From a virus (taxonomy: Duplodnaviria; Caudoviricetes), in IMG/VR virus record IMGVR_UViG_3300002907_000005, positions 1-31,834 of that record: a stretch of 31,834 nucleotides of DNA, one strand, 5' to 3'. This document shows positions 24,751-31,834 of the stretch, piece after piece (within the stretch, counting starts at the first letter, position 1; every line of letters begins with the position of its first letter). The translations under genes and the position numbers were made by a program. The notes beneath the pieces are model-generated. The model did no database searches and was not told the origin of the DNA. It was given only the letters and a program-made list of their open reading frames with translations.

Positions 24751-25397
24751 TGGCTTTCACCCTAGTACAACAAAATAGTGGTACGGCGAACGGAACTTCG
24801 ATCACTGTAAGTTATGGTTCCACGCCGACAAACGGGAATCTCTTAATAGGTGTTATTGGATCGAATGATGGAGGGGCTACCGATCCGACAGGATGGTCTA
24901 CAGCCGTTAACAAGGTCAATGTCACCGATGACGATTTCGTTAGGATTTCCTATAAAGTCGCCGGGGCCGCGGAGACTACTGCGGTCGCTTTTACCGGTCT
25001 TGTCGGCAATAGTCATGGTCTTGGAATTTTAGAGTTTGCCACGCCTACGGCTTCACCGATTGATGTTACGTCATCCGCTGGCGAAAGTCTGGCTGCTACC
25101 TCTCAGACATCAGGCACGACCGCAGCAACGGCGCAAGCCGATGAGCTCAGTATCGTAGGATTTCAGATACGCGCTGATGTTACCACTCCATCTCTATCCA
25201 ATGGCTTCACATTGCAGCACGATCTATTCAACGCCGTAACCGTTTTAGTCGGCTATAACATAGAAAGTGCCACCGGAACTAAGGAATCAACAGCTTCATG
25301 GACAGTCGCCGGGAACTCAATCGGCGTAATCGCTACTTTCAAGGCTGCGGCTGCGGTAGGCGATACTTCCACTCCAATTCTTAATTTCATGTTCTGA
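24750..25397 (+). CDS. Putative virion-associated Ser/Thr/Gly-rich beta protein
   Basis: T.GNLLI..., P.GW..., YKVA pattern seen in virion/surface modules; in the late operon. Confidence 0.6.
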   Translation: MAFTLVQQNSGTANGTSITVSYGSTPTNGNLLIGVIGSNDGGATDPTGWSTAVNKVNVTDDDFVRISYKVAGAAETTAVAFTGLVGNSHGLGILEFATPTASPIDVTSSAGESLAATSQTSGTTAATAQADELSIVGFQIRADVTTPSLSNGFTLQHDLFNAVTVLVGYNIESATGTKESTASWTVAGNSIGVIATFKAAAAVGDTSTPILNFMF

Positions 25398-26779
25398 TGG
25401 CCTCAGTCAGACACGCAACATCGGTTCAAGGTGCCGATGATCCTGGAAAGTCGGTACAGGCGGCACAATGGAATGAAGACCATACGCTTGTAGGCATCCC
25501 CGATCAGGCGTCATTAGATGCCGTCAGCGCAGCTGTCTCTGTTGTAGCGGCGAATCTTTCTGCATTGAGCGTCACAGTCGCCGGAATTGGCGGTGGCGAG
25601 GTTCATCCCACTTCGGCTGAGTTTGTCAGCCTTCAAGCTGACTTCTCCACTCTGAGCATTCAGGTCACGAACGTTTCCGCTGCCGTAAGCGTCGTGGCGG
25701 CAAATCTCTCCAATGAGATTTCCCTGCGTTCTTCGCAGATCAACACTGCATCCGGGGCCGTTAGTACGCTTTCTTTGGCCGTTTCAGTCGTAGCTGCTGC
25801 TCTTTCAAATGAAACCTCGGCACGTATAGCGGGCGACAACGCAGCTTCTGGAGCCGTGAGCACTCTAAGTCTTGCTCTTTCGGCTGAAACTGCCGCGAGG
25901 ATAGCGGGGGATAACACAGCCTCCGGCGCAGTGAGTACACTCAGCCTCGCAGTTTCGGTGGTTGCAGCTGCGCTCTCGAATGAAATTTCTCTCAGATCAT
26001 CCCAGATCAATACAGCTTCTGGTGCTGTAAGTACATTGTCTCTAGCTGTATCTGTGGTAGCGGCGGGACTGTCAAACGAAATCTCCGCAAGGAATGCGAC
26101 AAGCAATGCTATTAGCACTATGAGTCTTGCCGTTTCAGCAGCAGAGGCCCACGCCGCCGCCGCTTCCGCTGCTGTCAGCACTTTGAGCCTTGCGGTTTCG
26201 GTTGTGGCCGCGCAGCTTTCTGCTACTAGCGTTCAAGTAACGGCAGTCTCTGCTGCGGTGTCAGTGGTCGCTGCTGGCTTGAGCGCACTGAGCATTCAAG
26301 TCTCTACCCTTTCGGCGCAGATGACCTCACTTGTCGCATCCAAGATCGTAATGCTTGGAGCACAGACAATATCGGTATCGGCTCTAACCAATGTTTCCGG
26401 GCAAGCATTCTCGGTAGGGGCGAATAATACCTACGCTTTCAAGTATATGATTATTTACCAAGCCGCCTCGACTGCTACAGGGTTGGGAGTGAGCGTGACC
26501 TTCCCTGGGATGAAGACATTTGCGGCTACTGCCTATATCACTTCTGGTGCGACCGGAACTGCGAACACATTCTCTGGGCCTATAACGGCCTCTGGAACTA
26601 AGATTCAAGCTCTAAGCTGTCAGACTGCCGCGACGGACTTTTACGCCGTGATAGAGGGAGCTTTCCAGGTATCTACTTCAGGCACCTTGCAGCTTCAGGC
26701 CGACTCTGGAGTTGGCGGGACTTCTGCTCAGGTCATCATCAGGCCAGGAACATTCGGAATGGTATGGAGGGGCGCTTGA
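25397..26779 (+). CDS. Fibre-like protein with Ser/Ala/Val coiled-coil repeats and C-terminal beta domain
   Basis: N-terminal WN.DH; repeats AVSTLSLAVSVVAAALSNE; E..AR..GD; C-terminal GTLQLQ. Confidence 0.75.
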   Translation: MASVRHATSVQGADDPGKSVQAAQWNEDHTLVGIPDQASLDAVSAAVSVVAANLSALSVTVAGIGGGEVHPTSAEFVSLQADFSTLSIQVTNVSAAVSVVAANLSNEISLRSSQINTASGAVSTLSLAVSVVAAALSNETSARIAGDNAASGAVSTLSLALSAETAARIAGDNTASGAVSTLSLAVSVVAAALSNEISLRSSQINTASGAVSTLSLAVSVVAAGLSNEISARNATSNAISTMSLAVSAAEAHAAAASAAVSTLSLAVSVVAAQLSATSVQVTAVSAAVSVVAAGLSALSIQVSTLSAQMTSLVASKIVMLGAQTISVSALTNVSGQAFSVGANNTYAFKYMIIYQAASTATGLGVSVTFPGMKTFAATAYITSGATGTANTFSGPITASGTKIQALSCQTAATDFYAVIEGAFQVSTSGTLQLQADSGVGGTSAQVIIRPGTFGMVWRGA

Positions 26780-28110
26780 AGCGTCTTGATGTCCTAAAGA
26801 CGAAGGTCAATACCTCTTACTGCATTTCTGATGAGCGCAGGGATCAGCAGATGCGTCTTTCGAACGCGCGGATCAATGGCAGAGTTCAGCCAGCAACGCA
26901 GATTTATGACGAAGAAATAGCCATTGTCTGCTACGGGCCGTCCCTGAGAAAAACTTGGACAACAATAAAATCCTTCAAGAAGATTATGACTTGCTCTGGA
27001 GCGCATAAATTCCTCTTGGAAAGAGGGATCATGCCCACTTGGCACGTTGATCTAGACCCGCGCGAGCATAAAACTAAGATGCTCGGAGAGCCTCACAAAG
27101 ATGTCGAATATCTGATGGCGTCATGTTGCCATTCGAGCATGTTCGATAAGCTTGAAGGCTTCAATGTGAAACTGTGGCATATCTACGCCAATGAAACGAA
27201 TAAGGAGCTTCCCAGGACTTACCCGCGCGGCGACTGGATTCTGACCGGCGGCAATAATGTCGGGATGAGGTGTCTAGTGATGGCGCGTCTTTTGGGCTAC
27301 CGGAACTTCAATATCTTTGGCATGGACTGTTCCTTCCCCAAGCATGGTTCCCACCATGCTGATGCCCACCTGAATCCATCATCAAGGATTTATGAGACCC
27401 CATACGACGGGAAGATGTACTACTGCGAGCCAGTGATGCTTGACTATGCGCGTAATTTCTTCCATGAAGTAGAGCAGCTTCCAGATGTGACGATCAAGAT
27501 GCACGGCGAGGGCCTCTTGCAGCATATGGTCTACAAGAAAATGGGCGACCAGATAAAGGTCAAACCCAAGGCCGTGATTGCGTTTTCAACTCCAGTGACG
27601 ATCACGCCAGCATACGTAGAATTGAACAAGAAGATGCACCTGAATCCGATCTATGGGATCGGTGGAAGGGCGCGTAAGGAAGTAGTTTTGAAGCTCTCAG
27701 AGGCCCTGAACACGCGCTCCATTCTTGATTACGGCTGCGGGAAAGGAACCTTGGCCGCGAGCCTAGCTTTCCCTATTTGGGAGTATGACCCGGCTGTGCC
27801 CGGCAAGGATTCAGTGCCTCGTGCTGCTGATCTGGTCGTGTGCCTGGATGTGCTGGAGCACATCGAACCAGAGATGCTGGATAATGTCTTGGGCGATCTC
27901 GTCAGATGCTCGAACAAAATGCTCTTTGCCATCATAGACACCGGCCCAGCGGAAAAGGATTTGCCTGATGGCCGTAACGCTCACCTAATCCAGCAGGATA
28001 AAGACTGGTGGCAGGAGAGGCTGGGCAAATTCTTCAAGATCGGGGCAATCCTCCAGACCGGGCCTGAGCTTCATTGCGTCCTTGAGCCTAAGAAGATGGG
28101 GCCATTGTGA
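26776..28110 (+). CDS. Maf/DUF115 (MptE-like) domain fused to a SAM methyltransferase
   Basis: IVCYGPSL, GI.P..HV.LDPR, GG..VG, LGYR.F.IFGMDCS; C-terminal ILDYGCGKG, DLVVC.DVLEHIEP, GRNAHLI. Confidence 0.8.
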   Translation: MKRLDVLKTKVNTSYCISDERRDQQMRLSNARINGRVQPATQIYDEEIAIVCYGPSLRKTWTTIKSFKKIMTCSGAHKFLLERGIMPTWHVDLDPREHKTKMLGEPHKDVEYLMASCCHSSMFDKLEGFNVKLWHIYANETNKELPRTYPRGDWILTGGNNVGMRCLVMARLLGYRNFNIFGMDCSFPKHGSHHADAHLNPSSRIYETPYDGKMYYCEPVMLDYARNFFHEVEQLPDVTIKMHGEGLLQHMVYKKMGDQIKVKPKAVIAFSTPVTITPAYVELNKKMHLNPIYGIGGRARKEVVLKLSEALNTRSILDYGCGKGTLAASLAFPIWEYDPAVPGKDSVPRAADLVVCLDVLEHIEPEMLDNVLGDLVRCSNKMLFAIIDTGPAEKDLPDGRNAHLIQQDKDWWQERLGKFFKIGAILQTGPELHCVLEPKKMGPL

Positions 28111-28496
28111 CGGGCATCTTCAATTCGATAATTTTTGCCAACAATATCTTCAACGTTGGTACTGCGGGGCCGATACCGCCCGCTGTCGTGGCGGACGCCA
28201 AGCCCGGCGGGGGCGGGATCGAGGGGGTCTACAAGCCTACCGGGCTTACAAAGCGCAAAAAACTCAAGCTCAAAAAAGTAGACGAGCGGATCGAGGAATT
28301 TCAGGATGCGCAGATCGAGATTACGAGGAAACTCAGGCAGGAGTTCATTGAGGAGAGCCCTGCCACCATTCGCCAAATAAATATTATGTCGATGGCGGAA
28401 ATAGAAACGGAAATTGGAACTTTAATGCGAGAAAAAATTAGAACCGAGGAAGAGGAGCTAATGCTAATACTTTTAATTGCGCAAGCGTCTTCCTAA
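28107..28496 (+). CDS. Hypothetical protein
   Basis: GTGA-coupled; acidic then hydrophobic C-terminus EEEELMLILL. Confidence 0.65.
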   Translation: MTGIFNSIIFANNIFNVGTAGPIPPAVVADAKPGGGGIEGVYKPTGLTKRKKLKLKKVDERIEEFQDAQIEITRKLRQEFIEESPATIRQINIMSMAEIETEIGTLMREKIRTEEEELMLILLIAQASS

Positions 28497-28824
28497 GCAA
28501 TTTATGTAGAGCAATGTGACATGAACGGCACAGCCATTCAACCTCTAATGGTTTGGAGTAATCGTGATGGTGTTTCTGGCTATCAGGTGATTTACAGACC
28601 TCACAGGGCTGTTTCTTCAATTTTCCCCTCTTCTGATATTCATTGGCATAAGCTCTACAATTTGAAGCCTTGCGCTCGGCCTTGGATAGCAATCTATGAG
28701 GAGGGCGAGTTTGACGCATATTCGCCGCATGACATTTAGCACAGTAGCTCGCAAAACGTATGTGCTCAGATTCACGATAGCGGTTATGTTCCACGCCGCA
28801 TATCGCGCAAATGCCAATTTTCAT
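28438..28824 (-). CDS. HNH-like Zn-binding endonuclease, antisense to the late operon
   Basis: C..C, C..C, G.L.K.PCEVC, HH.DYSKPLEV.WLC..CH...H. Confidence 0.75.
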   Translation of the reverse strand: MKIGICAICGVEHNRYRESEHIRFASYCAKCHAANMRQTRPPHRLLSKAERKASNCRAYANEYQKRGKLKKQPCEVCKSPDSQKHHHDYSKPLEVEWLCRSCHIALHKLLRKTLAQLKVLALAPLPRF

Positions 28825-28830
28825 CAAGGC

Positions 28831-28839
28831 ATTATAGCA
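28831..28839 (-). promoter_or_regulatory. Consensus extended -10 promoter
   Basis: TGcTATAAT, 6 nt before ATG 28824. Confidence 0.65.
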
Positions 28840-28890
28840 TGTTTTAGTGGAACAATGTGCCGCCTACACGAAGGGCGTTAGGAGATTCAA

Positions 28891-29715
28891 ATGCCGGAAC
28901 AAATGACTTTGGACACCATACTAGATGACAAGCCGCCTGTTGACACCCCGCCAGCAGAAGAAGTCAAGATCGAAAGCGACAATGCCAACATCAGGCATCA
29001 GGAGAAGGAAGAAGCCGCCCAGGGTCGCGTCAGGGACGGTACGGGTAAGTTCGTCAAGAAAGAGGAAGTCAAGGCCGAAGTAAAAACCGAGGTCAAGACT
29101 GAAGTAAAAGAGCCGGAAAAGAAAGAGGTTCCAAAGCAGGAGTTCTCCGAAAAGGAGCGGGCTCTACTTGCTGCCCTGCAAGACGAAAGGCGCAAGCGAC
29201 AGGCTCTTGAACTCAAGTCCCAAGAGGTCAAAAAGCCTGAAAAGCCATTCTGGGAAGCTCCCGAGGACCATTTCAAGGCCGTAGAAGAGCAACACAAATC
29301 ATGGGAGCAGAAGCAGAATGAGCGCGAGACCATATCCCTCTTGCGTGTAGCAGAATTGATGGCTCGTAAAGAGCATCCAGATTTCGACGAGAAGATTGAG
29401 CATTTCGGCAAGATGGTGCAGGAAATACCTGGGCTTCACGCCCAATGGCTGCAAGCCCCTGATCCAGCCGAGTTCGCCTACAAAACAGCCAAACAACACA
29501 AGGATTTGCAAGAGGCTGGCAATATAGATACACTGCGCGAGAATATTAGGAAGGAAGAAAGACTTAAGGTAGAAGCCGAGCTTAAGTCCAAGGAAGAGCA
29601 GTTAAAGAAGGAGCGCGACGCATTGCCGGGCACTTTATCGGATGCTCGCGGTACGAAGCAGCAAAAGACCGTCTGGGGCGGGCCACCGTCACTTGACGAG
29701 CTTTTGAAAGGGTGA
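28891..29715 (+). CDS. Capsid scaffolding protein
   Basis: Charged helical protein, AL..ER.KRQ, RD..GKF, P.P..FAY; directly upstream of the capsid gene; AGGAG RBS. Confidence 0.8.
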   Translation: MPEQMTLDTILDDKPPVDTPPAEEVKIESDNANIRHQEKEEAAQGRVRDGTGKFVKKEEVKAEVKTEVKTEVKEPEKKEVPKQEFSEKERALLAALQDERRKRQALELKSQEVKKPEKPFWEAPEDHFKAVEEQHKSWEQKQNERETISLLRVAELMARKEHPDFDEKIEHFGKMVQEIPGLHAQWLQAPDPAEFAYKTAKQHKDLQEAGNIDTLRENIRKEERLKVEAELKSKEEQLKKERDALPGTLSDARGTKQQKTVWGGPPSLDELLKG

Positions 29716-29831
29716 CGCCGACCTAAAAGGGCGCATTTGTAGGGCCGCCTCCTTAAGGGCGATTGTAATTGTTATCCGCCGCCGGGTTTCCGGGCGAGAA
29801 ACAATTTATCAATTGAATTAAGGAGAGTGTC

Positions 29832-30926
29832 ATAGCACAGACATATGCCCAGCCGGGTTTAACTCCGCAAATCTGGGATTCGGACTTCTTTCGCGACTAT
29901 GTGCGTGCGAGTAGATTTCGCCGCTATATGGGGACTTCGGAAGCTTCAATCATCCAGCTGAAAGAGGAGTTGACCAAAAAGCGGGGCGATTCAGTTACCT
30001 TCGCCCTCGTCAATGAATTAGTAGGAAGCGGTGTTACGGGTAACAACACCTTGAGGGGCAATGAGGAAAGACTCGGCTCCCGGTCGATGAAGCTGACGGT
30101 TGACGTTCTGCGTCACGCCGTAGCGGTTGATGACTGGGATGACCAAAAATCCGTAATTGACCTTCGCATGGCGGCTCAGACCCAACTTCGGGAATGGGCA
30201 CAGAAGAAGCTTCGGGACGCGATCATCACTAGTTTGGGTGAGATCGACGGTACGGCGTTTGAATCGGCAACCGGCGCTGCGCGTACCACCTGGAATACGA
30301 ATAACGCTGATCGCGTATTGTTCGGGTCCAGCACAGCCAATTACACAGCCAATTTCGCCTCGGCGGCGGCTTCAATCGCAGCCAGCGAGCAGCTCGGGCC
30401 TCTTACCCTGAGCCTCATGAAACGGCTGGCACAAAAGGCTTCCCCGAAAATTAAGCCGATCTATGTCAAGGAAATGGATCAGGAGTGGTATGTGGCCTTC
30501 ATTGGGTCTCGCAGTTGGAGAAACCTGACGGAGAACAGCCCGACTACCAACGTCCTCACCTTGGCGAACCGGGATGCCCGTATCAGGGGTGAAGACAATC
30601 CTCTGTTCACAGGCGACTCCCTGGTTTGGGACGGTATTATCCTGCGGGAAATTCCTGAAATTCAGCCTCTTCTGGCGGTTTCTGGGTCTGCAGGTACTGC
30701 GATCGAGCCCGTTTATCTGTGCGGGGCTCAGGCTATTGGTATCGGATGGGCTCAGAGAACCAAGAGCACGACCGACCTTACCGACTATGGTTTCTTGCAT
30801 GGGGTAGGGGTCCAGGAAATTCGGGCTATCAAAAAGCTGCGGTTTGGGACTGATCCAACGGTGGATACGACTACGCCGAAGGATCATGGCATAGTGACGG
30901 CCTTCGTCGCAGCGGCTTCGGACTAA
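29832..30926 (+). CDS. Major capsid protein (N4-gp56/DUF4043-like; ATA start)
   Basis: GLTPQ.WD..FF..YVR..RF..YMG, KK.GD..TF.L, GV.G...L.GNEE, NPLF.G...WDG..L.E, L.GAQA; TAAGGAG, 6 nt, ATA; in-frame TGA at 29814. Confidence 0.92.
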   Translation: MAQTYAQPGLTPQIWDSDFFRDYVRASRFRRYMGTSEASIIQLKEELTKKRGDSVTFALVNELVGSGVTGNNTLRGNEERLGSRSMKLTVDVLRHAVAVDDWDDQKSVIDLRMAAQTQLREWAQKKLRDAIITSLGEIDGTAFESATGAARTTWNTNNADRVLFGSSTANYTANFASAAASIAASEQLGPLTLSLMKRLAQKASPKIKPIYVKEMDQEWYVAFIGSRSWRNLTENSPTTNVLTLANRDARIRGEDNPLFTGDSLVWDGIILREIPEIQPLLAVSGSAGTAIEPVYLCGAQAIGIGWAQRTKSTTDLTDYGFLHGVGVQEIRAIKKLRFGTDPTVDTTTPKDHGIVTAFVAAASD

Positions 30927-30936
30927 GGAGAACACT

Positions 30937-31404
30937 ATGGCTGTCTTCACAGCAAATGCAGCGCAAACGACCGCGATGCCGAAAGGCAATCGGACAGGCC
31001 TGGTGGCGGTTACTTCGTTCTGGTCGTGGGATCGATCCGTTTCTGTCGGGACTACGATTCAGATGGTCAAAGTACCTGCCGGCGGGACTCCGTTATTTGT
31101 TCAGGTGGGCTCCAACAATGCGGGTCAGTCTTCCGTGTCCGTTGGTGATGGGATCAACAATTCCAGATATCTGAACAACATCACCCTTTCCTCAGCAATG
31201 GGGATGGTAATTGGTGGTGCCAGCGGAACGGTAATGGCGGTAGCGGCGCCTTATACCTATAGCACGGATGACACTATCGACATCTTCGTGTCTCTGGTAT
31301 CCATCACAACTATCGGCGGGGCGTTCTATCTGACGACCATTATTTCCATGGACGTTCAGCCCACAGGTACAGTTGTCGGTCTTACTGGCGGTGTAGCAGG
31401 CTAA
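30937..31404 (+). CDS. Putative capsid decoration/cement protein
   Basis: Follows the capsid gene; G.TI.M..VP.G, VGD.....RY, Y.Y..DDTIDI pattern; TAAGGAG RBS. Confidence 0.7.
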   Translation: MAVFTANAAQTTAMPKGNRTGLVAVTSFWSWDRSVSVGTTIQMVKVPAGGTPLFVQVGSNNAGQSSVSVGDGINNSRYLNNITLSSAMGMVIGGASGTVMAVAAPYTYSTDDTIDIFVSLVSITTIGGAFYLTTIISMDVQPTGTVVGLTGGVAG

Positions 31405-31410
31405 AGGATT

Positions 31411-31430
31411 GGGGGCGAAAGCCCCCTTTT
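31411..31430 (+). terminator. Rho-independent terminator
   Basis: GGGGGC-GAAA-GCCCCC-TTTT. Confidence 0.8.
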
Positions 31431-31434
31431 CCCC

Positions 31435-31834
31435 ATGGAACTATTCGAGGAAGCTACAGAACTACATAAGGCAGGGAAATACAAGGAAGCAGAAGAGAAA
31501 TATGATCTGCTTTTCACTCAGAATCCAAACAATGCTGGGTTGATAGCAACCTACGCTACATTGTGTCTCCAGACCGACAAGATCGGGCTGGCGATCAGTC
31601 TCTATCACCGGGCACTGGAAAAACTGCCCAATCAGAGCGAAGTCCTCTCGAATCTAGGTCTCGCCTACAAAAAGGCGGGCATGAGGGACAAAGCCTTCCA
31701 ATATCTGGATAAGGCTTGCAAGTTCAATCCGACCGCCGAAGCCCTATCGAATTATGGCGGGCTCTATACTCAGACGAATAATCCTGACAAAGCTATCGAT
31801 CTTTGTTCTCGTGCCATTGCAAAGAATCCTGAAC
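31435..31834 (+). CDS. TPR-repeat protein (partial, runs off the window)
   Basis: MELFEEATELHKAGKYKEAE..Y...NP.N; ..SNLGLAY...G...A...L.KA...NP; ..SNYG..Y TPR consensus. Absent from the ORF track because there is no stop in the window. Confidence 0.85.
   Translation, partial: MELFEEATELHKAGKYKEAEEKYDLLFTQNPNNAGLIATYATLCLQTDKIGLAISLYHRALEKLPNQSEVLSNLGLAYKKAGMRDKAFQYLDKACKFNPTAEALSNYGGLYTQTNNPDKAIDLCSRAIAKNPE

Noticed and set aside
25670-26320. CRISPR array or DGR repeat pair
   Set aside because: Repeats are conserved at the peptide level with synonymous divergence; no fixed repeat-spacer pattern, adenine-specific variation or RT gene.
29901-30926. GTG 29901 as capsid start
   Set aside because: No SD there, and the conserved N-terminal segment and strong SD lie 23 codons upstream.

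Overview
A 31.8-kb segment of a tailed dsDNA phage (Caudoviricetes), probably podovirus-like (P22-type portal, Sf6-type TerS, N4-gp56-type capsid) with a likely proteobacterial host (sigma70-type promoters). Layout: a leftward early operon (many small ORFs, Lar-like, RyR-domain, YqaJ exonuclease, ERF recombinase); back-to-back promoters with a Cro-like gene but no CI or integrase in view; a rightward operon (DNA methyltransferase, VRR-NUC, YdaU/DUF1376 replication protein); a short leftward HNH operon; then terS, a ~5.8-kb sugar-biosynthesis/modification cluster, terL, portal, fibre-like proteins, a Maf/DUF115-methyltransferase fusion, scaffold, major capsid, decoration protein and a partial TPR protein. 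Main observations: (1) a 1188-bp transposase-less element (9680-10867) with terminal inverted repeats and an 8-bp target duplication. It splits a 67-aa gene and carries a membrane-protein passenger plus a promoter-driven structured RNA candidate. (2) An apparent phage-encoded branched-sugar/virion-glycosylation system. (3) ACG and ATA start codons on the replication protein and major capsid. (4) Several probable leaderless genes. (5) DnaA boxes beside a dif-like site in terS. (6) Two families of recurring hairpin motifs. All family assignments come from motifs recognised by eye, not from database searches.
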